Positions 1-13,149 of a stretch of DNA of 64,000 nt are shown piece after piece. The stretch comes from Chiloscyllium plagiosum. Taxonomy: Eukaryota. The translations under genes were made by a program, and so were the position numbers. Under the pieces are notes generated by a model that did no database searches, was not told where the DNA came from, and saw only the letters and a list, made by a program, of their open reading frames with translations. Numbering within the stretch: the stretch's first letter is position 1; each line of letters opens with the position of its first letter. The stretch is taken from positions 5,527,258 through 5,591,257 of the forward strand of contig NC_057719.1 in assembly GCF_004010195.1 (NCBI RefSeq). The letters run 5' to 3'.

Positions 1-612
1 ACCTCAATTAGGTCCCCTGCCCTCCTTCTTTTTTCCACTGAAAGGAGACCGAGCTCAGTCAACCTCTCTTTGTTAGATAAGTCCTCCATTCCAGGCAGCA
101 TCCTGGTAAACCTCCTCTGAACCCTCTCTAAAGCATCCACATCTTTCCTATAATAGGGTGACCAGAACTGGACACAGTATTCCAAGTGCGGTCTAACCCA
201 AGTTTTATAGAGCTGCAACAAGATCTCATGACTCTTAAACTTAATCCCCCTGTTAATGAAAGCCAAAACACCATATGCTTTCTTAACAACCCTGTCCACT
301 TGGGTGGCCATTTTAAGGGATCTATGTACCTGCACACCAAGATCCCTCTGTTCCTCCACACTGCCAAGAATCCTATCCTTAATCCTGTACTCAGCTTTCA
401 AATTTGACCTTCCAAAGTGCATCACCTCGCATTTATCCAGGTTGAACTCCATCTGCCACCTCTCAGCCCATCTCTGCATCCTGTCAATGTCCCGCTGACA
501 GCCCTCTACAACAGCCCTCTATACTGTCAACGACACCTCCAACCTTTGTGTCGTCTGCAAACTTGCTGACCGATTCTTCAATCCCCTCATCCAATTCATT
601 AATAAAAATTAC
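1..612 (-). mobile_element. CR1 LINE fragment (RT C-terminal region)
   Basis: Minus strand carries the CR1 ORF2 motifs KFADDTK and RPHLEYCVQFW. Same sequence type as 6803-8372. Confidence 0.85.
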
Positions 613-1239
613 AAACAATTACAAAAATTACAAAATTAATCTCTTTTTCTGGCTCATACCCCTGAAGACTATAGTAAAACAAGTGAATATCTGAATACTG
701 CATAAATGTTATGAATATTTCTGACTCAACTGCACTTTCAGGAAGTGTGTTCCAGACCCACACCACCACTTTTTAAAGTGAAAAGAAATCTCTACTCTTC
801 TGTTAGACTTCTGTCTCTTATCTGCTTGCTGCTTATTGGTTCATCTACTACAGTGCCTTCCTATGCAAAAAACACAGCAGCATAATGATGATATCACTGC
901 ATTAGTAGTGCAGAAGTCCAGTCTAGTGCTTTATGGACGTGGGTTCAAACCTCACCTAAGCCACTAATTTTAGAATTTCAATTTAAAAGAGCGAGATAGG
1001 AGGATCTTGTGCTTCTGAAACTGTGTGATTGAGACTGGGAGCAGCAACGTTATAATGAGAAGGGTGCACTTTTGTAAGAAGGGCAGTGGCAGCAGAAGAT
1101 AAAGCCAGTGACTAAGACTCCCTGCAACCTGTTTCTGCCTGTCAGAACTGAAATGTTGCATCATAGGAAAACAGGTAAGCGATTGGTGGGTTTTTCTTCC
1201 CTCTCTTTTTTGATTGACCAAGTGGTTTAAATCTCGAGA

Positions 1240-3200
1240 CAATATTAGAGTTAAGTAACGAAATTCACCTAAAAAATGTTTAAGTTCAAAGTAATTAAAT
1301 AGAATAAGGTGCTGACAGATGGTGTATTGCAGCTGTAGTATGTGGTAAATAATGGACAATTAGCTGACAGACTTTGACAAAGAGTTAATGAGCTGGATTC
1401 TGAGCTGCAGACTCTGTGGCACATCAGGAAGAGTGAGAGCTACATGGACACTGTTTCAGGAGACAGTTACACCCCTTGGATTAATTACATCAAATTTGGT
1501 CCATAACCAGGGACAGGAGTATGTAGCTGAGTGAGGCAGTTATGAGAATCCAGACTTTAGCTTTGGAGGATCCCCAGCCAGTGACCTGTCCAAAAGGTGC
1601 AAGGCTCTCCCTCCCTGTGGACAAGGGCAAGGATGATGAGCAAACTGAACATGGAAAGGTGGTCAACTAGGGGGAGACAAGAGAATTGTAGTAGTGACAA
1701 GAGAAAGCATTGTTAGAGGAATAGATACTGTTTTCTGCAGCAAAATCCCAAAGATTGTGTTCCCTACCTGTTGCCAAGGTTCAGGCATCTCTTCTCGGCT
1801 AGTGAGAAACTTGGAGTGGGAGAGGAAGGATCAGTTGTCATAATCCATGTTGGTACCAATGATATGGATAGGACTAGAAAAGAGGGTCTGCTGAAGGATT
1901 ACAAACAGCTCTGAGCTAAAATTAAAAAGCAGAACCACAAAGAGAGTAATCTCCCAATTACTACTTGATATGTGTGTAAATTGGCCTGAGGTAAATAAGG
2001 TTAGAGAGGTAAATATGTGACTCAAAGATTGATGTGGGCAAAATGCGTTCCAATTTCTGGGGCACTGGGCCACCAGCGCTGGAAAAGAAAGCTGCTCATT
2101 TGGAACAGACTTCATTTGAAACATGCTCAAATGTGAATCATATAACTAGGTTGTAGGCAGGGCTTTAAACTAATTAGTGCAGGGGTGGGTTCAATTGAAG
2201 GAAAGTTTCAAAAAGTCAAAAATAAAAGAGAGCAGAGGTACAGGGTAGTGAAGAGACGAACCACAATCAAAGTGTGACAGGAGGGGGAAGAAAATATATG
2301 CAGAAGAAAGCAGTAGAAGTTAGAACCCAAGTATTAATGGTAAAAAGTCAGAGTTTAAGGCTTTATATCTGAAAATATGTAGCACTTCTAATAAAATAGC
2401 TGGGTTGATGGCACAAATAAAACTAAATGAATATGACTTGATAGCTAAGCTTAGAAGAAATGGGTGATGAAGACTGGAAACTCAATATTCAAGGGTATTT
2501 GGCATTGTGGAAGAAAAAGCAAAAATAGGATAGGAGGTGGTGTAGCTTTGCTAATGAAGGAAGGTACCAGTGTGGTGGAGAGTAATGAACTGGATGCATT
2601 TGATCCATGCCTTTTGGATGGAAATTAAACATAACAAGTGAAATAAGTTATGGGTGACAGTCATCTGTTGATACCAAAGAGTTTCCTCACCATACAACAA
2701 ATCAGGAAATAATGGAGGCACATAAGAAGGGTACGATAATTGCCATGGGCGATTTTAATGTGCATATTGACTGGACAAATCATATGGACAAGGGTAACAT
2801 AGCAAATGAATTAGTAGAGTGAATCAGGGATTGTTTCTTAAAGTACTACATTGTAGAACCCACATGGGACAGGCTGTTTTGGATCTAATACTATGTAATC
2901 AGGTAGGATTAATAAGAGATCTTGTAGTTAGGGTTCCTCTAGAGGTAGTGATCCTAAGATGGTAGAAATTCAAATTCCAGTTGAAGGAGAGCAACTCTTG
3001 TCTCAAACCAGTCTCATCAATTTCAATGATAACAGTTAATGAAGAATGAAGAAAAGGTTAGCTAAAGCGGACTGGGAAGAATGTCTAAGAGGGGCATACA
3101 TAGATGAGCAGAGGCAGACATTTAAATAGATAATTCAGCAAAAAATTATTTTGGTCAAAAAAGAACTCAATGAGCAGCACAAGCCACCTGTGCCTGACAA
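1240..3200 (+). mobile_element. Decayed CR1 5' part: ORF1 (zipper + SGNH esterase) and ORF2 APE endonuclease
   Basis: RVNELDSELQTLWHIR (~1381), IHVGTND esterase motif (~1842), GGGVAL (~2533) and MGDFN (~2745); many stops and frameshifts. Confidence 0.75.
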
Positions 3201-3204
3201 AAGG

Positions 3205-3720
3205 CTATGCCAGTATTTATTGTCTATCTCTTTTTGCCCTTGAGAAAGTGACAAAGAATATTTGTCTTGAACCCCTGCATTTTTTGGCGTGAGTGGACAC
3301 CCAGTCTAGTTTGGGAGAGAGTTCCACGATTTTGACCCATTGACCATGAAGCTGATATATTTCCAAATTAAGATGGTGAATGGCTTGCAGTGCAAATTAC
3401 AGATAATGGTATTTCCATGTTCTGGTGTCCTTACTCTTGTCTTTGTCCTTTGGAATGTCCATGACTATGGCTTTGGATTACGCCTTTGGAAGTTTCTAAG
3501 GACCCTTGATAAATTTCTGCAGTGAATCTTGTAGATGTTGTACACTGATGGTGGAGGGACTGAATGTTTATTCGTGGATATAGTGCCTTTTGAATGAGCT
3601 GCTTTGTCCTGGATGGTGTCAAGCTTCTTGAGTGTTGGTGCTGCAGTCATCCAGACAAATGGGGAGTATTCCACTACACTCAGACAGTGTCTCACAATTA
3701 GGGGAGACTTTTGTGGTCAT
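3205..3720 (-). mobile_element. Old CR1/L2-type LINE 3' end
   Basis: Minus-strand ORF WMTAAPTLKKLDTIQDKAA; reverse complement of the family at 4300-6545. Confidence 0.65.
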
Positions 3721-3732
3721 AATATTCTTTCA

Positions 3733-4023
3733 CTATATCTGGGTTTTAGTAACTGGTACCTTGGGGAAGGTTAGACTCCTGATGACAGAAAATGCTGCAG
3801 CTCCTCGGGTTGTCAGGTGAATTAACCATTTTTTGTCTGCCACAATGTTGGCTGCCTGGAAAAGATAACACATTCTTTCCACATACTGGGCCCAATCCTC
3901 GACAGCAAGGTCAAACAAATCAAGCTTCACAAACAAAGGCATGATGTAAGAAATGCTTACCCCAACTCAAAAGATGACTATTACAAGCAAGTTTCAGCAG
4001 GATCATCTGTATCCTTGTCACCA
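3733..4023 (-). mobile_element. Gypsy LTR-retrotransposon fragment: PBS + gag N-terminus
   Basis: ORF MPLFVKLDLFDLAVEDWAQYVERMCYLFQAAN parallels the gag start of the provirus at ~44165. Upstream TGGTGACAAGGAT resembles a tRNA-Ser-type PBS (TGGCGACGAGGAT). Confidence 0.75.
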
Positions 4024-4300
4024 CTCACAGCGCCAGAGACCCGGGTTCAATTCCCGCCTCAGGCGACGGACTGTGTGGAATTTGCACGTTCTCCCCAAGT
4101 CTGCGTGGGTTTCCTCCGGGTGCTCTGGTTTCCCCCCACAGTCCAAAGATGTGCAGGTCAGGTGAATTGGCCATGCTAAATTGCTCATAGTGTTAGGTGA
4201 GGGGTAAATGTAGGAGTACGGGTGGGTTGCGCTTCGGCGGGTCGGTGTGGACTTGTTAGGCCGAAGGGCCTGTTTCCACACTGTAAGTAATCTAATCTAA
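4024..4300 (+). mobile_element. HE1/V-SINE-type tRNA-derived SINE, 5'-truncated
   Basis: B-box GGTTCAATTCC, V-domain GGTTTCCTCCGGGTGCTC..CCACAGTCCAAAGA and CR1-like tail with (taatc)n; near-identical to the reverse complement of 16718-17016. Confidence 0.88.
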
Positions 4301-4813
4301 GTGATAGAGCTAAGTGATTCCATGATCAATGGATCAGATCAAGGCTCTAGTCCTGCCACATCTAGTTGTGATTGAGAGTAAACAATTAAACAACTCGCTG
4401 GAAGAAGAGACACCACAAATGCCTATCTCATTGATAGGGGAGCTTAGAACATGAGTGTAAAAGGTAAGGCTGAAGCATTCACCACAGTCTTCAGCTGAAA
4501 ATACCAAGTGGATAATCTGTCTTTGGCTCCTCCTGAAGTCCCCAGTATCACAGATACCAATCTTCAGCCAATTTGATTCACTCCATATGATATCAAGGAA
4601 CAATTGGCGTCACTGGATACTGCGGGGCAGTGAACCCTGACAACATTCAGCAATAGTGCTGAAGATCTGTGCTCTAGAACTTGCTACTCTGCGAACCAAG
4701 TTGTTCCAGAACAGCTACAACACTGGTATCTGCCTGACCATTTGAAAAATTGTCCAGGTATGTCCTGCACACTAAAAGCCGAACAAATCCAAACTAGCCA
4801 TTAGCATCCAATC

Positions 4814-5073
4814 AGAAATAAAAGGGACTTAAGGGGCAGTCTTTTCACGCAGAAGGTGGTGCATGTATGGGATGAGCTGCCAGAGGAAGTGCTGGAAGCT
4901 GGTACAATTACAACATTTAAAAGGCATCTGGATAGGTATATGAATAGGAAGGGTTTAGCAGGATATGGGCCAAGTGCGGGCAAATGGGACTAGATGAGGT
5001 TAGGATATCTTGTTGGCATGATCAAGTTGGACCGAAGGGTCTGTTTCCATGCTGTACATCTCTATGACTCTAT
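4814..5073 (+). mobile_element. 5'-truncated young CR1 3' end
   Basis: FTQKVVHVWDELP motif and tail gaagggtctgtttccatgctgtacatctctatgactctat, shared with 17025-17090 and 30670-31270. Confidence 0.85.
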
Positions 5074-5917
5074 CACTGTTGATCATTGTAAAGTGATGGA
5101 AGATGTCATCAACACTGTTGTCAAGTAGCAATTGTCTGCTCACTTATACTCAGTTTATGATTCACCAGGGCCACTCAGCTCCTGATTTTTTTACAGCCTT
5201 TGTCCAAATTTGGACAAAAGAGCTAAATTCCAGAGATTGGGTGAGAGTGACTGCCCTTGAAATTTGACTAAGTTTGGCATCAAGGAGCTCTATCAAAACT
5301 GGAGTCAATGGGAATCTGTGGAAAACTCTTTTCTAGTGGTTGGAGTCATGCCTAGTGCAAAGGAAGATAATTGTAATGTTCTGGTCAGTCATCTCAGCAA
5401 CAGGACATTGCTTCATCAATGTCCTTCCCTCTGTCACTTCCTGATGCTGCCTGGTTTGCTGTGTTCTTCCAGCCTCCTGCCCATCTACATAAGGTTAGAA
5501 GTGGGCATGTTCACTGATTACTGCAGAATGTTTAGCACCATTTGCAATTCCTCCGATACCAAAGCAATCTGTGCCTAAATGCAATTAGATCTGAACAATA
5601 TCCAAGCTTGGGATGACAAATCAAAAGAAGATACCACTGAATTGCCAAGTAATGACTATTTCCAACAAGCAAGAATCTAGGCACTGTCCTTGATAGTCAG
5701 TGGTATCACCATTGATAAATGCAGCAGTCTCGACATCCTGGGGATTACCAGAAACTGAACTGGACTAACTATATAAGTACTGGGCTACAAGAGTGGATCA
5801 GAGGCTAGGAATCCTGCGGTGATGAACTCACTCACTAACTAACTCACACGCCTCCAAATTAGAACTAAGCAGACTGCTTGATTAACACTGCAACCACATA
5901 TGTTCAGTTCCTCCACC

Positions 5918-6125
5918 TGGTCTTTTTCAATATATAATTTCAGTTGCATCACACTGTAAACTTTTGCTATAAATTCTGTGTCTTACGATCTGATAGTCCA
6001 AAACCACCTGATGAAGGAGCAGCGCTCCGAAAGCTAGTGCTTCCAAATAAATCTGTTGGACTATAAGCTGGTGTTGTGTGATTTTTAATTTTGTACACCC
6101 CAGTCCAACACTGGCACCTCCAAAT
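5918..6125 (+). mobile_element. Penelope-like element terminal repeat containing a hammerhead core
   Basis: Contains the core at 6005-6039; flanked by a 67-bp direct repeat; homologous to the fold-back at 62212-62345. Confidence 0.7.
6005..6039 (+). ncRNA. Minimal type I hammerhead ribozyme motif
   Basis: cac-CTGATGA-a-ggagc(agc)gctcc-GAAA-gc-TA-gtg: helix I cac/gtg, 5-bp helix II, palindromic helix III AGCT. Activity not shown. Confidence 0.7.
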
Positions 6126-6802
6126 TAGAACTAAGCAGACTGCTTGATTGACATTGCAACCACATACGTTCAGTTCCTCCACCACTGATTCTCGGGAGCA
6201 GCAGTGTGCATCGTCTTTAAGATGTATGGAGAAAATAACTGAGGGTACTAAGACAGTACCTTCCAAACCCATGACCATTACTGTTTGGGTGGACAAGAGC
6301 TGCAGAAATGTGGGAGCACCACCACCTGCAAATTCCTTTCCAAGCCACTCAGCATCCAGAGTTGGAAATATATTGCCATTCCTTCAGTGTTGTTGTATTA
6401 AAGTCCTGAAACTTCCTTCTGCCCTTATGGGTGTACCTACTCCAAGTTGACTGCAATGGTTCAAAAAGTGTTGCCATCAATATCTTCTCAATGAGGCATG
6501 GTCAGTAAATGCATGGCCTAGACCGCAATACCACATCCTGTGAGTGAGTTTTTTTTTAAAAAATCTATCCCTTTTTAAGTATTTTTATGTGTCTCAATAT
6601 GATCACCTTTTCTTCGAAACTCTTAAAGGTCAGTCTCTCTTCGTAGGACAGTCTTGGTATCTTGGGAGCAAATCTGGTGAATCATTTTTGCATTCTGTCT
6701 ATGGCAGTAATATCGATCCTAAGCTGAGTAAATCAACACTGCGCAGTACTCCAAGAACAAACTAACCAACCTCGTATACAATTGAAGCATGACTTCAGTA
6801 CT

Positions 6803-8372
6803 CATAGAAGATAGAACATTACTGCGCAGTGCAGGCCCTTTGGCTCTCGATATTGCACCGATCTGTGAAACCAATCTGAAGCCCACCTACACTATTTCAT
6901 TCTCGTCCATATGCCGATCCAATGACCATTTAAATGCCCGTAATGTTGACAAGTCTATTACTATTACAGGCAGTGCGTTCCACGCCCCTGCTATTCTCTG
7001 AGTAAAAACACTAGCTCTGACATCAGTCCTATATCTATCACCCCTCAATTTAAAGCTACATCCCCTCGTGCTAACCCTCTGATTATCTTACATGTCTCAA
7101 TTAAGTCATCGCTCAACCTTCTCTCTTACGAAAACAGTCACAAGTCCCTCAGCCTTTCCTCTTAAGACCTATCCTCCATACCAGGTAACATCCTAGTAAA
7201 TCTTCTCTGAACCCTTTTCAAGGTCCAAAGTTTCCACATTCTTCCTATGGTGCAGTGACCAGAACTGTATGCAATAGTCTATGTGCGGCTGCACCAGAGT
7301 TTTGTACAGCTGCAGCATGATCTCATGGTTCTGAAACTCAATCCCTCTACCAATAAAAGTTAACATACCGTATGCCTTCTTAACAACCCTACCAACCTGG
7401 GTGACAACTTTCAAGGATCTATGTACTTGGACACCAAAATCTCTCTGCTCATCTATACTACTAAGAATCTTACTAATAGTCAGTATTCTGCATTCCTGTT
7501 ACTCCTTCCAAAGTGAATCACCTCACACTTTTCTACATTAAACTCCATTTGCCACCTTTCAACCCAGCTCTGCATCTTATATCTATGTCTCTCTCTAACC
7601 TGCAACATCCTTCATCACCATCCACAACTCTATTGACCTTAGTGTCATCCGCAAATTTACTAACCCATCCTTCTATGCCCTCATCCAAGTCATTTATAAA
7701 AATGACAAACAGCAGTGGCCCCAAAACAGATTCTTGCAGTACATCACTAGTAACTGAACTCCAGGATGAACATTTCCTATCAACCACCACCCTATGTCTT
7801 CTTTCAGCTAGCCAATTTCTGATTCAAACTGCTAAATCACTATCAATCCCATGCCTCCATATTTTGTGCAGTAGCCTACCATGGGGAACCTTATCAAATG
7901 CCTTAGTGAAATCCATATACACCACATCAACTGCTTGACCCTCATCCAACTGTTTGGTCCCGTTCTCAAAGAACTCAATAAGGTTTGTGAGGCACGGCCT
8001 ACCCTTCACAAAACCATGTAGTCTAACCCTAGTCAACTTATTCCTTTCCAGATGATTATAAATCCTAACTCTTTTATAGCCCTTTCCAACACTTTACCCA
8101 CAATCCAAATAAGGCTCACAGGTCTATAATTTCCAGGGTTGTCTCTACAACCCTTCTTGAAGAAGGGGACAACATTTGCTATCCTCCAGTCTTCTGGCAT
8201 TATTCCTGTCAACAATGCCGATATAAAGATCAAAGCCAAAGGCTCAGCAATCTCCTCCCTGGCTTCCCAGAGAATCCTCAAATAAATCCCATCCAGCCTA
8301 GGGGACTTATCTATTTTTACACTTTATTGAATTGCTAACACCTTCTCCTTGTGAACCTCAATTCCATCTACT
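6803..8372 (-). mobile_element. CR1 LINE (HER1-like), RT and 3' end, 5'-truncated
   Basis: ORF-track peptides EDWRIANVVPFFKKG..PGNYRPVSL, HGFVKGRPCLTNLIEFFE, VYMDFTKAFDKVPH and SVLGPLLFVIFINDLD..KFADDTK. Confidence 0.93.
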
Positions 8373-8619
8373 CCTGTACTCAAATCCTCTTGCAGTAAAA
8401 GCTAATGGAATAATAACTAATCCTAATTGCTTGCTTCATTTGATAATTTCATAGTCACCACTGTTGACGTTAGCTTAGAATAGAAGATTTTTTAATTGAA
8501 TTTAAATTTCAGTATCGCCTGTTGTGGTGGGATTGGAACTCATATTCCTCAGGGCATTAGCATCAATCTTTGGGTTACTAGCTTAGTGACTTACCAACAC
8601 ACCACTATCTCCCACTATG

Positions 8620-9720
8620 TATTTGGGTAGTTAAAATCCCTTACTGTTACTGCCTTATTCTTACACTGCTCAGACGTTTGATTGGCAGCCTAGGGTAGAC
8701 ACAAAATAGCATGTTTGTGTTTTTACTTCTACCCATACGCCTTGGTTTGATGATTCTTCACTCCTCACTATTATAATCAATTCCTTGATTAATATTATGA
8801 ACCCCCTCCTTTTCTACCCCCTCTTTGACTTGTCTATAACCTCTAATCAGGAATGTTGAGCTGCTAATTCTGCGCACCTTTCATCCAAGTATCAGTCATA
8901 ACTATATCATACTCGCTCACGCCTCGTTGTGCCCGCAGCTCACCTCTGTTATTCCTCAGGCTCCTTGCATTAAATGTATTTCATATAATGTGCTAAACTC
9001 ACTTCTTTCTTATCTGGTTTATGTGTCCCTGCCTTCCAGAGTCACTCATTTGTGTTTTAACTTTTAATTCCAGCTCAACTTGTCTCTACTCTCAATGACT
9101 TGTCAAGATCCATTCCCATGCCAGTGTAGTTTTAATCTGCTCCAGTAGCACTAGCAGAATTCCTGGCTAGGATGTTATTCCTGCTCCTGTTCAGGTGTAA
9201 CATGTTCAAGTTGTTCATGTCCCATTCCCCCTAGAAATCAAAATTGCTGGCGAAACTTCACGTGTCCTCAGCAAGTCCTTAGAAACATTAACTCTGTTTT
9301 CTCCACATAGTTGCTTATTCTTATTCTGGTGAGTTTTTCCAGCAATTTCTGTTTGTGTTTCAGACTTCTAGCATCCTCAGCTCTTGATTTCATGAACCCC
9401 TCCCCAGAAATGGGACTGCAGGTTTCCCTCACTGTCTGCCTGGTCCTCTTCTTCTGGCTTTTATGTCACTTATTTCCTCTCAGCCTGCACTTTCTTAAGC
9501 TGTAGAGTGACTGTGTTCTGAAACATGCAATCCGTAAACCCATGAGCCTTGTGAATACACTATGTGCCTCCATTTGCCACTCAATTTCCAAAATCCAGAG
9601 CTTGAATTGCTTCAGCTGGAGGTACAATGAGCACACATGGTCATCCAGACTGCCAGGAGCATCTGGGGTTGCCCACATACTGCAGAATGTGCACATCAAA
9701 GACCTGAACTAAATATAATT
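8620..9720 (-). mobile_element. Decayed CR1 5' region (ORF1 zinc-finger/zipper, endonuclease scraps)
   Basis: ORF 9466-9699 CTFCSMW..DDHVCSLYLQLKQFKLWILEIE resembles the CR1 ORF1 N-terminus; a Penelope-like scrap sits at ~9235-9390. Confidence 0.6.
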
Positions 9721-10814
9721 TAGGCTTTTGCTTTTATTTTACCCTTACCCCTATTTAAGTATAGACTAGAAAAATTGTCTTCTTGTTTATGTGTCAGTCC
9801 CACTCAGGTCCCCCTCTAGTCTCTGTGAGGGCCTTAACAGGGTCTTGGCTGATTACTTTCCTCAGAGTCCTGATCTTGCTCACTGCTCCCTGTACAGTGT
9901 GCAGTTAAATATACAGCAGTACACAGCAACACTAAAAGATTTACCCCTTATCCATTGACTGTGAACCCTGGTTCTGGATTGTTTATAATCGAGAACATCC
10001 TTTCTGCATCTACCCTGTCTAGGACCAACTCTTGCTGAGAAATAATGCTACATCAACAATGCACATTGATGATATGCAAATTGATCACTCTTTTCAGGGA
10101 CTTAAAAGATGAACTTTGATTTGCAAAACTCCAGAACTTCTTGATTTATACTGCTCCATCATTTCCCTGCCAGGCATGACAGCTTACCAATACTATCCCT
10201 GATACTTACAAGATATTTTTGCATTAGTTGCTTACTTAAATCACCAAGAAAGTTAAACCTCATGACAGGGTAAGAGCTCTTCTAATAAAGTAATATTTGT
10301 TGATACAATGCTATTTACCTGATTGACCTAGACAGGAAGCAATTTCTGCATGCAATAAGTTGTTAGTGATTTACAAATTTAATTTTTTTTTCATATTTCT
10401 TAGTCCAGTGTGTCTTCCCTTCGTTTCTCTTTCTGCATCTAATTTGACTCTAATTCACCCTGTTTTTCTTTGATTTCACTTTTTTTTCATCCTGTGTTGA
10501 GATAACTAGATACTCTGTCGGAACCATAATTGAGCAAGGTCTCGGATGTCCTCTTTTCCACATTACCAGTGCACACTTCCAAAAAAGTTACGTTGAAAAT
10601 TATATTTGAGCTGAAGAATGCTGGAAAAAAATCTAAATAATAGTGGTGCCACAATATCTCTGTTCAAGCAATACTGGCCCATTATAAAGGGCAACTTGTA
10701 TGTACTTATTTTAACATAACAAATATTAGTTGATTAATATAAAAGTAAGTCTACTGCCATTCATTTTCTTTTACAATTATTCACTGAGTACAGCAGACCA
10801 CTATAGCAACTCTA

Positions 10815-11620
10815 GTTTTAATTTGATTTGATTTATTAGTGTCACATTTATCGAGATATGATGAAAACTATTTTGCTTGCTATCCTGGCAATCATACATT
10901 GCACAGATACATCAGGGCAATAGAACAGAATGTGGAATATAGTGCTTTAGCTACAGAGAAGGTGCAGAGAAAGATCAATTTTAATATTTAAGAGGGCTGT
11001 TCATAAGTTTGTTAACAGCAGGGAAGAAGCTGTTCTTAAATTTGTTGGTATGTACTTTAAAACTTATGTATTTTCTGTCTGATGGTCGAGGGTGGAAGAG
11101 AGTAATGGAATGGAAGGGTCTTTGATTATATTGGCTGCTTCCCCAAGGCAGCAGAAAGTATAGATGGCGTCAGTGGATGGAAGGCTGGTTTGTGTGATGG
11201 ACTGGGCTACGTTCACAACTCTGTAATTTCTTGCAATCTTGGATAGAGCAGTTGTCATACCAAGCTGTGATGCATCTAAATAGGATACATTCTATGGTGT
11301 ATCTATAAAAATTGGTAAGAGTCATTTTGGATATACCAGATTTTCTTAGCCTTCTGAGCAAGTAGAGGTGTTAGTGTGCTTTTTGACCATAGCTTCTACA
11401 TGGATAGATCAAGACAGATTGTTGGTCATATTTACTCCTAGGAACTTGAAGCTTTCAACCATCTTCACCTCCGCACTATTGGTACAGACAGGAGGGTATC
11501 CTCCAGTCCACTTCCTGAGGTCAAGGATCAGCTCCTCTGTTTTGCTGGCATTGAGGGAAAGATTGTTATCAAATAGCATGCCACTAAGCTCTCAATTGAT
11601 CTCCTGTACTATATCACATC
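10815..11620 (-). mobile_element. Rex1/Babar LINE 3' portion
   Basis: LRRLRKSGISKMTLTNFYRYTIECIL..ITAWY C-terminal motif and (atcaa)n tail at ~10820. Confidence 0.82.
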
Positions 11621-13149
11621 TGAATCAGGTGACTCTAAGCATCCATCAAGGGATTACATTTTGGATCTTTCCTAATTTGTACAGTTAAGCTGTTGCTGGA
11701 TAACACCTTTACCTTGCTATTACTGTTCTGAATTTGGGTATACATTTTCTCCCTAGCAAGTAATTTTCAGCTGTACATTTTGATAAAGAGGTAGCCAATG
11801 ACTTATTAACTTCATCATTAACTTGCATTAAAAGTGGCCCTTTGACCCATTTATGAATTCGCGTAATGCACAGTGAACAATGTTCTGGCCAGGATAGCCA
11901 TTGTATTTGAGGATTTCACCAAAACGCTTGTAAAGTGTTGAGGATCCTATTTACATGTTCCCTGATAAAGCAATTTTCTAGCATGCGAAGCTATAAAAAT
12001 CCCAATGTGTACGTTGTTGCAAGAATATAACTGTGCTGGTGTGCTGCCAGGTACGGAGGTTGCACATCAGGTGATTGGCTGATTGACTTAACAGTGTACT
12101 GCTTCAGTTGTTCATAATAAGCAGAGTACATACCCTACTCGATCAGCCCACGCTTACAAAGCCCAACACAAAACATCCAGTGTTAGACGTGATGCATTGC
12201 TGAGCAATCCTCAATGTGCTAATTGCTGCACTAACAACCAATTCGAGATGATCATCAAAGTAGTCAAATGGCTTATTTAATCTTTCTAAAGGTTACGTAC
12301 ATTCACATACACTGATCCATTCTTTTCAAACAAATGGATGTGTTCAAGCCTTACATATTGTTTGAATTAGTATGGTGTTTGGGAAGGCTGCCTTTCCCTA
12401 TTACTTTTGCCATAGTGACACCTTGGCCACTCAGCGTCAACTTTCCAACCAGACCACATCCTTTTTCTTCTATTTTGTAAATTCTGATTATTTGAAATTT
12501 AGGATTCTTTTATTTAGCCTGATGAGTTCAAGGCGAGAAAATACTGCAGCAATATATCTCTCTTTTCAGCAACCTACTTTAAAGTTGAATATTTTCCACT
12601 GACCAGTGAGTTCAGCTCCTATATACAAATGTAAGTAAAGAAAATGTAATTCTTGGGGTACAGCAGTAATGATGAGCAGTTTTGATATTTTTTGAACCAC
12701 TGTCTACTGCTGAGCCATGCCCCAGCATATCATAAGACAGCTGAATTATTTATAGAATAAAATCCAGCAAGATTTCCGACTTGATTTAATATAAAGTTAA
12801 ATTGTACGTGACCTGAATTGGTGCAATTCTAAATATATCACCTTTGGTGAGTTTTAATCATGCCTCTTGGGAATGAGCTGTGTTTCAAAGTGTTGATTTA
12901 AGCAGTGAATTTGTAAGCTTTTAAAAAAGTGCAGCCTGTAGGCATTGATACATCTGTTTAATCTGGATGATCCATTCTCTTATATCAATGCCATTTTTTT
13001 TCAGTCTGATACCATGGGGTTTTGTCCCAGACCCAAATTAGCTTAAAACCCCTAATCCATTTTTAGAAATGCAGAAATATCTTCCTTAAATTGCTACCTT
13101 AGAAACAATATGAGCTTTATTGTCAAGTACACTTACAACTTGCTATATG

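Larger units (their letters stand above)
4300..6545 (+). mobile_element. Old CR1/L2-type LINE (RT to 3' tail) with nested insertions
   Basis: Decayed RT motifs (ccctgacaacatt, FTDY for FADD) and tail gtaaatgcatggcc..cacatcctgtgagtgag; interrupted at 4814-5073 and 5918-6125. Confidence 0.65.
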
